A stretch of DNA of 64,000 bases from an uncultured Planctomycetia bacterium (GTDB taxonomy: Bacteria; Omnitrophota; Gorgyraeia; Gorgyraeales; Gorgyraeaceae). Shown here one piece after another: positions 10,728 through 20,653 of this stretch (within the stretch, counting starts at the first letter, position 1; every line of letters begins with the position of its first letter). The stretch is from the NCBI GenBank assembly GCA_964415355.1, contig CAYPYS010000006.1, forward strand, positions 752 through 64,751, written 5' to 3'. Made by a program: the position numbers and the translations under genes. The notes under the pieces were generated by a model. It was not told the origin of the DNA. It saw only the letters and a list, made by a program, of their open reading frames with translations, and did no database searches.

Positions 10728-11681
10728 ATGAATATCTGCGTAACAGGTGCCCTGGGCCATATAGGCTCAGCGCTTATCCGCAATATATCTACGCCATTAA
10801 TCAAGAAGGTATATTTAGTTGATAACTTTTTAACTCAGAGATATGCTTCTTTGTTTAATTTGCCCTACGGGATAAATTATTCCTTTCATGAACTGGATAT
10901 CCTTTCAGAGGACATGGGACCTATTATAGAGGATTCTGATGTCCTAATACATCTTGCAGCTGTTACGAATGCAGAAAAGAGTTTCCATGATTCTGAGCTA
11001 GTTGAAAAGATAAATAAAAAAGGATTGGAAAATGTTGCCAGTCTATGTTCGCAGCATGACTGCGCCTTGGTTTTTCCTTCTTCTACGAGCGTTTATGGTG
11101 TGCAGGAAGGAGTGGTGGATGAGAATTGCAAAGAGAAAGATCTTATGCCTCAAAGCCCATATGCGGAGTCGAAGATTTACGGGGAAAAGCTGTTAGCGCG
11201 ATTGTCCAAAGAAAAAGGCCTGAGATTCGTGATTTTTCGTCTTGCTACGATTTTTGGATATTCTATTGGGATGAGATTTCACACGGCAGTGAATAAATTT
11301 ATATGGCAGGCATCTTTAGGACAGGATATAACAGTGTGGAAAACAGCATTAAACCAGAAGAGGCCGTATTGTGATTTGCAAGATGCTGTTTCAGCATTTA
11401 ATCAAGTGGTCGAAAAAAATATGTTCGACAGAGAAATTTATAATGTAGTTACTATGAATTTGACAGTTGCTGATATAGTAGCCTCTATAAGGCAATATAT
11501 CCCAGAGCTTAAATTTAAATTCGTAGAGTCAGCGATTATGAATCAACTTTCGTATAATGTATCGAATGAGAAATCGATCAAAGCAGGGTTTAAGTACTCA
11601 GGTGATTTGGATGTTAGCATAAAAGAATCGCTTAAACAAATAAAGAACATCAACGCATCCAATCCCAAGATAGATTTATGA
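10728..11681 (+). CDS. Extended SDR nucleotide-sugar epimerase/reductase
   Basis: VTGALGHIG, SSTSVYG and YAESK. Confidence 0.85.
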   Translation: MNICVTGALGHIGSALIRNISTPLIKKVYLVDNFLTQRYASLFNLPYGINYSFHELDILSEDMGPIIEDSDVLIHLAAVTNAEKSFHDSELVEKINKKGLENVASLCSQHDCALVFPSSTSVYGVQEGVVDENCKEKDLMPQSPYAESKIYGEKLLARLSKEKGLRFVIFRLATIFGYSIGMRFHTAVNKFIWQASLGQDITVWKTALNQKRPYCDLQDAVSAFNQVVEKNMFDREIYNVVTMNLTVADIVASIRQYIPELKFKFVESAIMNQLSYNVSNEKSIKAGFKYSGDLDVSIKESLKQIKNINASNPKIDL

Positions 11682-13651
11682 ACAAGAGTCCAAAAGTAGG
11701 CATAGTTATACCCAGTTACGAACGCCTGGAATACCTTAAAGAGGCTGTAGATAGCGCTATAAACCAGACCTATGGAAATCTCGAGATAGTCATAATAGAC
11801 GACAATTCTCCAGATCCGGCTATAAAAGAATATCTGAGTAAGATAGGAGATTCAAACGTCAGGTATTTTATCAATAAGACAAACATTGGCACTACAAGAA
11901 ATTATGATACAGGCGTAAGGCTTTTAGCCCGAGACGTCGAATGGTGCGTGATACTTGATAACGATGATTTTTTGGACAAAGATTTTGTCAAGGAAGCTGT
12001 GGAGTTGCATTTGAAATATCCTAAATCAAAGGTAGTGCATTGCCATCAAGTGTTTATAGATGTTGATAAGAGAAAAATACGAGAGGATTCTGGCTTTGCT
12101 TCTCTTGAGAAGGCAGAGGATTATTTGTTTTCAAGATGCATGGGCCGTCGCGATATAAGATCATCCAGCATCTTTTTTAATACAGAAGAATACAAGAAGG
12201 TGGGGGGGTACCCTATATTTTCCTCAGGCATGTGTACTGATACGGTATTTCCTTTTTCTCTTGCATTCGATAACATGCTGGCTTTTTCCGAAAAGGCATT
12301 GGTATATATAAGAATCCATGATGAGGCAGAATCTCTTACAGCTGACAATATAAAAGGCAAACTCGTGTCTATAAAACAGATGCAGGAATATTGCATGGAT
12401 GTGTATAAGACCAATAATATGGATAATTCTTTTGGAAATAAGGTGAGAACAAAAGTATATTTAAGACGTTACGGCATGTCTTTGACTTATGCCTTGCTTA
12501 TAAGAATGTACAAAGAAACATTGCTTAAAAAGGATAAGAATTCTGCCAAGGCCTATATAAAGGATGTTGTAAATTTCTGCAGAGAGAACGGATTGACTGT
12601 GTCGTCAAGGTTTTTGCTCTTATTCGGTTCCTTCAATTGTTTTAATTTAGATTTAAGCAAGGCAGGTTTTGGCAAGTTTGTCCGTATGCTGGAGGCCGGC
12701 AGAGGTTTCCTGTCAAATAGATATGCTAATCTTAGAAAATATTTGAGCAGAATACAACTTCTATCATTCGTAAAGAGACAATCGATGGTTATTTTAAACA
12801 CTTTAAAAGGCAGATTCGCTTTAGTTGATTTTAAATATTGTCCCTCTTGCGGATGTTATAGTTTATTTTATTGGTGGCGTTATTATGAAGAGATACTTAG
12901 AGAAAGTGTTCCCGAATGGGGAGTCAGCATAGATTATACCGAACAGATGATAAAAAGAGAAAATAAGCTTTGCGCCAATTGTGGTACTGTTTTTAGAATA
13001 CGAGCTCATGCCCAAACAATACTGAAGATATTTGGTTGGAGCAGATTGTCGGGTTTTGTGTCTTTTTTAAGGAATAATCCTTCTTTTGTGGTATACGAAT
13101 CCGCGAATTACAATGTCTTTCGCAATAGAGCATTAAAGCAGCTGGATAATTATATGGTTTCCGAATTTCACCCAGAGTATAGATTCGGACAAGATGCAAA
13201 TGGTGTGAGGAATGAAAATCTCGAGAGATTGACCTTCGAAGATAAACTATTTGATTTAATAATAACCAGTGATGTGCTCGAGCATGTTTCTGATCTGGAT
13301 AAGGCATTGTCTGAAATACACAGGGTTCTTAAGCCAGGTGGTTATCATATCTTTACAGTACCCGTAGATTCTTCTTTGATCAGAACAAGACAAAGGGCAT
13401 TGGTAGGTACGGATGGAAAACTGAATCATCTTTTACCTCCCGTGATACACGGAGACGATATCAGGGACGGTATACTGGCTTATAGAGATTTTGGTACTGA
13501 TATAAATAAAATAATGGAAACATATGGATTTACATGTGAAGAAAATAGATATTTTATAAACAAAAAACATATTGTCTCTATTTACATAGCACAGAAGATC
13601 AGCGCAGGTGTATTTTTACAGGCAGCTTCAAAAAGACGCTCGGCCAGGTAA
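11678..13651 (+). CDS. GT2 glycosyltransferase fused to a C-terminal class I methyltransferase-like domain
   Basis: N-terminal VIPSYER..IDDNSPD..LDNDD; C-terminal CPSCG/CANCG, FDLIITSDVLEHV and LKPGG. Confidence 0.8.
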   Translation: MNKSPKVGIVIPSYERLEYLKEAVDSAINQTYGNLEIVIIDDNSPDPAIKEYLSKIGDSNVRYFINKTNIGTTRNYDTGVRLLARDVEWCVILDNDDFLDKDFVKEAVELHLKYPKSKVVHCHQVFIDVDKRKIREDSGFASLEKAEDYLFSRCMGRRDIRSSSIFFNTEEYKKVGGYPIFSSGMCTDTVFPFSLAFDNMLAFSEKALVYIRIHDEAESLTADNIKGKLVSIKQMQEYCMDVYKTNNMDNSFGNKVRTKVYLRRYGMSLTYALLIRMYKETLLKKDKNSAKAYIKDVVNFCRENGLTVSSRFLLLFGSFNCFNLDLSKAGFGKFVRMLEAGRGFLSNRYANLRKYLSRIQLLSFVKRQSMVILNTLKGRFALVDFKYCPSCGCYSLFYWWRYYEEILRESVPEWGVSIDYTEQMIKRENKLCANCGTVFRIRAHAQTILKIFGWSRLSGFVSFLRNNPSFVVYESANYNVFRNRALKQLDNYMVSEFHPEYRFGQDANGVRNENLERLTFEDKLFDLIITSDVLEHVSDLDKALSEIHRVLKPGGYHIFTVPVDSSLIRTRQRALVGTDGKLNHLLPPVIHGDDIRDGILAYRDFGTDINKIMETYGFTCEENRYFINKKHIVSIYIAQKISAGVFLQAASKRRSAR

Positions 13652-13685
13652 GTAGTTTAAAGATGTGGGCCTCGCTTCGTTTATT

Positions 13686-14711
13686 ATGAAGATTCTTTAC
13701 GATAATACTATTTTTAATCTACAGAGATACGGCGGCATATCAAGGTATTTTACCGAGATCATAAGACGCATAGAGGAAGACAAAGATGTAGGCGTAAGCC
13801 TATTTAAAGGTATGGATATCTTGCCTTATAGATTTTTGAATCTCAATAATCCATTTCTAAATCACAAGCTATCTAATCCCAAATGCGATATATATCATCC
13901 TACTTATTATTCATCCATGGTTAAAAGGAGAAAAGGTGTTAAGACGATAGTTACAGTCTACGATATGATACATGAATTATATTTATCTAAGATAGATGAC
14001 CTTAATAAAGACCTGGAGGTCAAAAGAAAGTCTATTCATAATGCAGATCATATAATTTGCATTTCGGAAAAGACAAAGCAGGACCTCCAGGAGATATATA
14101 AGATAAAGGACGATAGCGTATCAGTAGTTTACTTTGGATCGTATGTAGATAGCTTGAAGCAGGAAGGGGAGGGATTCAGACAGCCAGACAAACCATATAT
14201 ATTCTATGTAGGAAAGAGGTCGCACTATAAGAATTTTAGAGTACTGGTTCAGGCTTTTAACTCGTTGGGACTAAAGAAAAAATTTGATCTTATTTGTTCT
14301 GGAGGAGGGCCTTTTTCAAAGCAAGAATTATCAGAGTTTAGAAGAATGAAATTAGAAGACTCGATAAAATATGTTGCAGGCCCAAATGAATTTCTATATC
14401 TATATTACAAAAACGCAGTTTTTTTAGTATACCCCTCGCTTTATGAAGGATTTGGACTGCCTATCCTTGAAGCAATGGGTAATGATTGTGCTGTTATTGC
14501 CGCTAACGCAGGGTCTATTCCCGAAGTTGCAGGTGATTCAGCATTGCTTTTTTCTCCTGAGGACGTGGACGAGCTGTGTCATTGCATGAAAACATTCTTA
14601 AACAATGATTCTGTTAGGAATGATTATATAAAGAGAGGGAAAGAAAGGGTCAAATTATTTTCTTGGGATAAAACAGCGAAGGATACTCTCGAGGTATACA
14701 AGAAGTCTTAA
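13686..14711 (+). CDS. GT4 glycosyltransferase (MtfB/WbaZ-like)
   Basis: YGGISRY, TVYDMIHE and PSLYEGFGLPILEAM. Confidence 0.9.
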   Translation: MKILYDNTIFNLQRYGGISRYFTEIIRRIEEDKDVGVSLFKGMDILPYRFLNLNNPFLNHKLSNPKCDIYHPTYYSSMVKRRKGVKTIVTVYDMIHELYLSKIDDLNKDLEVKRKSIHNADHIICISEKTKQDLQEIYKIKDDSVSVVYFGSYVDSLKQEGEGFRQPDKPYIFYVGKRSHYKNFRVLVQAFNSLGLKKKFDLICSGGGPFSKQELSEFRRMKLEDSIKYVAGPNEFLYLYYKNAVFLVYPSLYEGFGLPILEAMGNDCAVIAANAGSIPEVAGDSALLFSPEDVDELCHCMKTFLNNDSVRNDYIKRGKERVKLFSWDKTAKDTLEVYKKS

Positions 14712-14747
14712 GTTTACATTTCAACGTTGTTGAAATGTAAACTTAAG
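14707..14747 (+). repeat. Family A palindrome, perfect copy (GTT loop)
   Basis: Exact 41-mer; TAA 14709-14711 is the upstream stop. Confidence 0.97.
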
Positions 14748-14758
14748 CTGTGAGATAT

Positions 14759-15778
14759 ATGAGGATACTTTACGATAATACAATATTTGCCCTGCAGAGA
14801 TACGGTGGCGTATCGCGTTATTTTAATGAGATCATCGATCATATGCAAAAGCGAAACGATATCGAAGCGCGCGTATTTAAAAGGGTAAACTGGAAATTCA
14901 CAAAGTTCAATGATCTGATAATGGATGCTATTCTTAGATCAAATAGATATGAGATATATCATCCTACTTACTATTGTTCTGCGGTTAAAAAGAGGAAAGG
15001 TATCAAGACTTTTGTCACGGTCTATGATATGATCCATGAAATCTATTCGGCGAGATTCCCGGAACTTGATGATGGGATTGAGATAAAGAGATCTTCTATT
15101 TTGAACGCGGAACATATAATTTGTATTTCTAATGCTACCAAGAAAGACTTGAAAGAAATATATAAAATAGAGGACAGGCGCATATCAGTTATTTATTTAG
15201 GGATTTCTTTGAATAATGCCGGTAAAGATTTTAATAAACTACCCAAACCTTATCTCTTGTATGTAGGGAGGAGATCTTCTTATAAGAATTTTAATGCCCT
15301 CCTAGAGGCTTTTCACGCGTTGGATCTCAAAAAAGATTTTGATCTTATATGCTTTGGAGGAGGCATGTTTTCGGAAGAAGAATTGACGAAATTTAAAAAG
15401 TTAGGACTCGAGGATTCTATAAAATACGCAGAAGGTGTTGACGAAGAATTAAGCGCTTATTATAAAAATGCTCACATCTTTATATGCCCATCTATTTACG
15501 AAGGCTTCGGGTTGCCTGTTTTAGAGGCTATGGGTAATGACTGCATGGTCATTGCTTCTAACGGAGGCTCTATCCCTGAGATAGCAGGTGATGCCGCGAT
15601 GTTTTTTTCTCCCGACAAGATCGATGAGTTATGTTCTTGCCTGAAGCAGGTTATAAATAATGATCGTCTTAGGCAGGAATATATAGATAGAGGCAGGAAA
15701 AGAGTTAAATTGTTCTCGTGGGCCAGAACAACCCAGGAGACATATGATATATATAAAAAGGTATTAGATGACAAATAA
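14759..15778 (+). CDS. GT4 glycosyltransferase, tandem paralog of the previous gene
   Basis: Collinear with the 13686 protein (ILYDNTIF.LQRYGG, IYHPTYY, EGFGLP.LEAMGNDC). Confidence 0.9.
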   Translation: MRILYDNTIFALQRYGGVSRYFNEIIDHMQKRNDIEARVFKRVNWKFTKFNDLIMDAILRSNRYEIYHPTYYCSAVKKRKGIKTFVTVYDMIHEIYSARFPELDDGIEIKRSSILNAEHIICISNATKKDLKEIYKIEDRRISVIYLGISLNNAGKDFNKLPKPYLLYVGRRSSYKNFNALLEAFHALDLKKDFDLICFGGGMFSEEELTKFKKLGLEDSIKYAEGVDEELSAYYKNAHIFICPSIYEGFGLPVLEAMGNDCMVIASNGGSIPEIAGDAAMFFSPDKIDELCSCLKQVINNDRLRQEYIDRGRKRVKLFSWARTTQETYDIYKKVLDDK

Positions 15779-16514
15779 ACCACTAATAAGCGTTGTAACT
15801 GCTTGCTTGAATTCAACGAATGTGCTTGAGCGAACGATTCAGAGCACCTTGAGTCAGGACTATTCCAATATAGAATATATTTTAGTGGACGGAGGCTCTG
15901 ATGATGGCACTGTGGATATTATTCGTAAATACGAAAACCGTATTTCTCGCTGGATAAGTGAAAAGGATAAAGGGATTTCAGATGCATTCAATAAAGGACT
16001 TTCTTTATCAAGAGGGGATTGGGTGGCATTTTTAAACGCAGGCGATGAATATCACGGACAGGACTCTATTTCGCGATTGATGTCTGCCTCAAACGGATAC
16101 GATATTGTATTCGGCGGATTGAAACATATCAAGATCAATAGGCCGCCTAGTTATTACGACCCTATGAAAGTCGATGGAGATGCTTACTGGCTTAGGAGGT
16201 CCATACCTCATCAATCTTCTATAGTGTCAAGAAAGGTGTTTGATAATATAGGAGATTTTGATATTAATTTGAAATACGCAATGGATTATGAACATTTTTT
16301 AAGGGCATATAGAAAAGGATACAGGTTTTTTGCGATTATGGATATTATTACAGACGTGAGAGTCGGAGGAGTCAGTAGCGTTTACTGGAAAGAACAACTC
16401 AAGGAATTCAAATTATCGCAAGAGAGGCATAATGTATTGCCTTTTCTTCGTGCCTTTTATTATTGGAAAAGATATTTAAAACAACTTTATTATAATAAGC
16501 TGGATTTGCTGTGA
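15768..16514 (+). CDS. GT2 glycosyltransferase
   Basis: ISVVTACLN, DGGSDDGT, SEKDKGISDAFNKG and LNAGD. Confidence 0.9.
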   Translation: MTNKPLISVVTACLNSTNVLERTIQSTLSQDYSNIEYILVDGGSDDGTVDIIRKYENRISRWISEKDKGISDAFNKGLSLSRGDWVAFLNAGDEYHGQDSISRLMSASNGYDIVFGGLKHIKINRPPSYYDPMKVDGDAYWLRRSIPHQSSIVSRKVFDNIGDFDINLKYAMDYEHFLRAYRKGYRFFAIMDIITDVRVGGVSSVYWKEQLKEFKLSQERHNVLPFLRAFYYWKRYLKQLYYNKLDLL

Positions 16515-17653
16515 AAGATATAAATATTCTTCATATAATAGAGAGTTTGGGGCCAGGAGGAGCAGAGCGCTTAATGACGTCTACTTTGCGCTACCTGGAT
16601 AGAGATAGGTTCAGGAGCGTTATTGCATATCTATATGATGAAGATCATTTTTCGGATGATCTTTTGGGAATGAGCTTCAATGTGTATAAGTTGCATGCGA
16701 AAAACATCTATCAGGCACCTAAGATAATAAAAAGCCTTTTAAAAATCATAAGAGATGAAAAGATCGACATGATACATACGCATTTATTTGGAGCCAGTAT
16801 CTACGGCAGATTATCCGGATGGCTATCCAGAGTTTCGAGCATAGTAACGACGTTGCATAATCCGGATTACAGCCCGTATTTTACATTTCGCAACAAGTTT
16901 TCGTTTGAAAGAAGAAGGTTTTTGGATAGGTTGAGTGGAAATTTATTCAATGATTCCTTTATTGCGGTCTCAGAGGCAGTAAAGGAATCTGCCGAGCGAT
17001 TTTTAGGTTTTAAGGATATAAAGGTGATGTATAATTCCATAGATCCTGATGAGTTCGAGCCTTTGAGTGATAAAGAAAGGAGCGAAGAGAGAAAAAGACT
17101 TGGTATTCCAGATGGCTGCATTGCATTGGTTATAGTGGGCAGACTAGATCCACAAAAGGGCCATACTTTTTTATTTCGAGCGCTTAATGATGATAGATTG
17201 AAAGGTCGGGATATAAAGTTGTTTGTGGCGGGCAAGGGACAACTTGAGAATGAACTCAGAAGAGAAGTCGAAGCGCTGGGATTGCAGGATAAAATAGTAT
17301 TCCTTGGGAGCACAAAAGATGTAAGAGGCACAATAGGTTGCTGTGACATATTTATATTACCTTCTGTATACGAGGGTTTTGGCATAGCTTTGCTTGAGGC
17401 AATGGCGTTAAAGATACCGTGTATTGCTTCATATGTAGATGGCGTTAAGGAGATTGTTGTAGACAAAAAAGAGGGATTGTTAGTTGAGCCTTGTTCTCCT
17501 CAATCTATAACAGAAGCAATAGTACATCTTATAGAAAATCCAGACAAGAGATCAAATATGGTTGAAGCAGGGTATTCAAAGGTCATAAAAGATTTTAATA
17601 TCAAGAAACAGGTTAGGTTGTTGGAAGACGTTTATTCGCATGTCTTAAGATAA
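16511..17653 (+). CDS. GT4 glycosyltransferase
   Basis: GGAER, VGRLDPQKGH and EGFGIALLEAM. Confidence 0.9.
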   Translation: MKDINILHIIESLGPGGAERLMTSTLRYLDRDRFRSVIAYLYDEDHFSDDLLGMSFNVYKLHAKNIYQAPKIIKSLLKIIRDEKIDMIHTHLFGASIYGRLSGWLSRVSSIVTTLHNPDYSPYFTFRNKFSFERRRFLDRLSGNLFNDSFIAVSEAVKESAERFLGFKDIKVMYNSIDPDEFEPLSDKERSEERKRLGIPDGCIALVIVGRLDPQKGHTFLFRALNDDRLKGRDIKLFVAGKGQLENELRREVEALGLQDKIVFLGSTKDVRGTIGCCDIFILPSVYEGFGIALLEAMALKIPCIASYVDGVKEIVVDKKEGLLVEPCSPQSITEAIVHLIENPDKRSNMVEAGYSKVIKDFNIKKQVRLLEDVYSHVLR

Positions 17654-17656
17654 GTG

Positions 17657-17697
17657 CTTAAGTTTACATTTCAACAACGTTAAAGTGTAAACTTAAG
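17657..17697 (-). repeat. Family A palindrome (AAC loop, 2 mismatches)
   Basis: CTTAAGTTTACATTTCAAC aac GTTAAAGTGTAAACTTAAG. Confidence 0.95.
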
Positions 17698-17708
17698 CAA
17701 GAGTATAT

Positions 17709-18641
17709 ATGTTACATGATAATATAAAGTGTCTGGTCTGTGATTCCAAGAATTCAAGAGAGTCTATTTATCCGGGTTATTTGTATAAAGATAAAAAATA
17801 TAAGAAGTATCAATGCAAGAGATGCTCTTTTATTTTTATTGATCCCATACCTGATAAAGGTGAAGTAAGAGAAATATATAATAACCATGCTTACTTTGAC
17901 GATTATTTTGTGCCAAATGCCAAAGGGTGTGGATATTTAGATTCTCAGGAGGCTGCTTTCGGCAATGCCGAAAAGACATTGGATAAAATAAAATTATATT
18001 CAACCGGGACTAGGTTGCTTGAGATAGGTTGTGCCGGAGGGTTTTTTCTTAGGGCAGCAAAGAAGTCTGGTTTTGAGGTTACCGGAATAGAAATCAATAA
18101 AGAAATGGTAGAGATCGCCCGTAAAGAATTAGGAGACAAGGTTATTCACGGCGATATCATGGATCTAGAACTCAGGGATGCAAGATTCGATATTGTTTGC
18201 ATGGGCGATGTCTTTGAGCATCTAATCGACATATCTAAAATCACAGGACGTATTAAGGATATTTTAACGGATAGAGGGATTTTATTAATAGAGGGCCCTG
18301 TAGCATATTATAAAACTTTATACAATTTTCTTCTGAAATTGAAATTTTTCTTAAAGAGAAGATGTTACAGTACGAATCCGCCTACACATCTTTGGGAATT
18401 TACGCCTGGGAATCTTAGATTATTTCTGGAGAGACATGGTTTTAAGGTGTTGTATATGGAGCTATGGGAAAGTTCTGCACCTGATAGAAAAGTATTTTTC
18501 AAACAAGACAAGCATGTTTTTTTGAAATCAATTGCCTGGTATATAAAGGCACTCTCTGGTTGTATATCAAATAGCTGGTTTGGCAGGATAATGGGACTAG
18601 GAGACAGGGTAATCATAATAGCATCAAAATCAACTTTTTAA
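17709..18641 (+). CDS. Class I SAM-dependent methyltransferase with N-terminal Zn ribbon
   Basis: CLVC...CKRC, LLEIGCAGG and DVFEHL. Confidence 0.85.
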   Translation: MLHDNIKCLVCDSKNSRESIYPGYLYKDKKYKKYQCKRCSFIFIDPIPDKGEVREIYNNHAYFDDYFVPNAKGCGYLDSQEAAFGNAEKTLDKIKLYSTGTRLLEIGCAGGFFLRAAKKSGFEVTGIEINKEMVEIARKELGDKVIHGDIMDLELRDARFDIVCMGDVFEHLIDISKITGRIKDILTDRGILLIEGPVAYYKTLYNFLLKLKFFLKRRCYSTNPPTHLWEFTPGNLRLFLERHGFKVLYMELWESSAPDRKVFFKQDKHVFLKSIAWYIKALSGCISNSWFGRIMGLGDRVIIIASKSTF

Positions 18642-18677
18642 GTTTACATTTTAACGTTGTTGAAATGTAAACTTAAG
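18637..18677 (+). repeat. Family A palindrome (GTT loop)
   Basis: TTTAAGTTTACATTTTAAC gtt GTTGAAATGTAAACTTAAG; TAA 18639-18641 is the upstream stop. Confidence 0.95.
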
Positions 18678-18691
18678 GGGATATAGGGAAT

Positions 18692-20602
18692 ATGTGCGGG
18701 ATTGCAGGAGTCTTATATAGGGATAATAGGAAGGTAGATCAAGGGGTCCTCAAGCGGATGACTGACACCTTGATACACAGAGGTCCTGATGACGAGGGTT
18801 TTTATATTAACAGGTCTGGGAATCTAGGGCTGGGGTTTAGGAGGCTGAGTATCATAGATCTTGTCACTGGGCATCAACCTGTTCCGAACGAAGATAAAAC
18901 AATTTGGACGGTCTTAAACGGAGAGATATATAATTTTATAGAAATCAGAGAGCAGTTAGAGAAAAAAGGTCATATATTCAGCACAAAGGGCGATGCTGAA
19001 GTACTCGTGCATTTGTATGAGGATAAAGGCATTGATTGCCTGCATGATTTAAGAGGGATGTTTGCATTTTGTATATGGGATGATAGGAATAATTTGTTGT
19101 TTATGGCGAGGGATAGGGCAGGCAAAAAACCTCTTGCTTATCTGCAGAAAAACGGATGCATGATCTTTGCTTCAGAGATAAAGGCCATATTGCAACATCC
19201 TGATGTTAGTGCGGAACTTGACATGGGTTCGATGGATCACTATCTGACCTATGGATATTCTTTGCCTGGGAGCTCTATGTTTTCCGGGATAAAAAAGCTT
19301 CCACCCGCACATTATCTTATTTGTGACAAAAACGGAATAAAGATAAAGAGATATTGGGGGTTGAATTATGAAGATAAGTTAAGGTTAAAAGAAGAAGATT
19401 ATGCGGATCTGATTTTAAATAAATTAAGAGAGGCGACGAAGCTTAGGATGATAAGCGATGTTCCTCTTGGCGCATTGTTGAGCGGAGGAGTGGATTCGAG
19501 TGCAGTAGTAGCTTTGATGAGCGAGGTATCCAGTAGACCCGTAAAGACTTTTTCTATAGGATTCAACGAGAAGAACTATAGTGAGTTAGATTACGCAAGA
19601 TTGATCTCAAAGAGATTTAATACCGAACATTATGAATTTGTCGTAAAACCTGATGTCTTGGGTCTTCTTCCGAAGCTGGTGTGGCATTATAATGAGCCGT
19701 TCGGTGACTCTTCCTGTATACCTACGTATTATGTGGCAAATATGGCGAGAAGGCATGTTACTGTGGCGCTTAACGGAGACGGAGGAGATGAGTCATTCGC
19801 TGGATACGAAAGGTATATAGGCTTAAAATTTTCAGAACTCTTTAAAATTATACCAGCGCCGCTTTTGAAATTCTCATATTCTATGTTAACTGGCATAAAT
19901 CGCGTTGCGAATAAGAGCGAGACATCGAGGTTTTCAAAAATATGTATGTATATCAAGATACTCTCGGATTATAAAAAGAGATATATTTATCCTAGATTTA
20001 TATCTTATTTTACCCCGGAAGAAAAGGAGTTTTTATATAATGAAGAATTCAAGAGAAGGAATAATCTTGGCTACTCTTTTGATTTCTTGGCAGATGTAAT
20101 GGATGGTTTTCAAGGCAGGGATACAGTGAATAGGGCAATGGCTACTGATATACTTACGTATTTACCCGAAGACCTTCTGGTGAAGATGGATATAGCTGCA
20201 ATGGCCAATTCGTTAGAAGGGAGATCTCCTTTTCTTGATCATAAGGTTATGGAGGCAGCTTCGAGAATCCCATCGAACTTAAAACTTAGAGGCATCATGA
20301 CAAAATATATATTGAAAAAATCTTTACAACCCATAGTGCCCAAGCAAGTTCTTTATAGAAAAAAAATGGGGTTTGGCGTGCCTCTCCCGAGTTGGTTCAG
20401 AAATGATTTAAAAGGATTTATCCAGGATATCTTGCTTTCCGATGAATTCATAAAGAGGGGATTTTTTAATAAGGTATTTATTAAGAAAGTGCTTGATGAT
20501 CATATATCAGGCAGGCGGAATAATGCTAATAAGATATGGGCGTTATTGAATTTTGAGCTCTGGCACAGAATGTTTATTGATAAATCATGGACATATTCTT
20601 AG
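18692..20602 (+). CDS. asnB: Asparagine synthase (glutamine-hydrolysing) family amidotransferase, probably glycan amidation
   Basis: MCGIAG, HRGPDD, RRLSIID, NGEIYN and LSGGVDSS. Confidence 0.92.
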   Translation: MCGIAGVLYRDNRKVDQGVLKRMTDTLIHRGPDDEGFYINRSGNLGLGFRRLSIIDLVTGHQPVPNEDKTIWTVLNGEIYNFIEIREQLEKKGHIFSTKGDAEVLVHLYEDKGIDCLHDLRGMFAFCIWDDRNNLLFMARDRAGKKPLAYLQKNGCMIFASEIKAILQHPDVSAELDMGSMDHYLTYGYSLPGSSMFSGIKKLPPAHYLICDKNGIKIKRYWGLNYEDKLRLKEEDYADLILNKLREATKLRMISDVPLGALLSGGVDSSAVVALMSEVSSRPVKTFSIGFNEKNYSELDYARLISKRFNTEHYEFVVKPDVLGLLPKLVWHYNEPFGDSSCIPTYYVANMARRHVTVALNGDGGDESFAGYERYIGLKFSELFKIIPAPLLKFSYSMLTGINRVANKSETSRFSKICMYIKILSDYKKRYIYPRFISYFTPEEKEFLYNEEFKRRNNLGYSFDFLADVMDGFQGRDTVNRAMATDILTYLPEDLLVKMDIAAMANSLEGRSPFLDHKVMEAASRIPSNLKLRGIMTKYILKKSLQPIVPKQVLYRKKMGFGVPLPSWFRNDLKGFIQDILLSDEFIKRGFFNKVFIKKVLDDHISGRRNNANKIWALLNFELWHRMFIDKSWTYS

Positions 20603-20603
20603 T

Positions 20604-20644
20604 CTTAAGTTTACATTTTAACGTTGTTGAAATGTAAACTTAAA
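20604..20644 (+). repeat. Family A palindrome (GTT loop)
   Basis: CTTAAGTTTACATTTTAAC gtt GTTGAAATGTAAACTTAAA; starts 2 bp after the asnB stop. Confidence 0.95.
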
Positions 20645-20653
20645 AGGGGAGTT

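Noticed and set aside
20624-20653. N-terminal extensions MLKCKLK / MLKCKLRQ / MCLSLLLTLLKVNL / MDSRFRGND in the ORF track (20624, 51401, 49476, 43858)
   Set aside because: These are translations of the repeats. Downstream starts with better RBS or family-typical N-termini were used instead.
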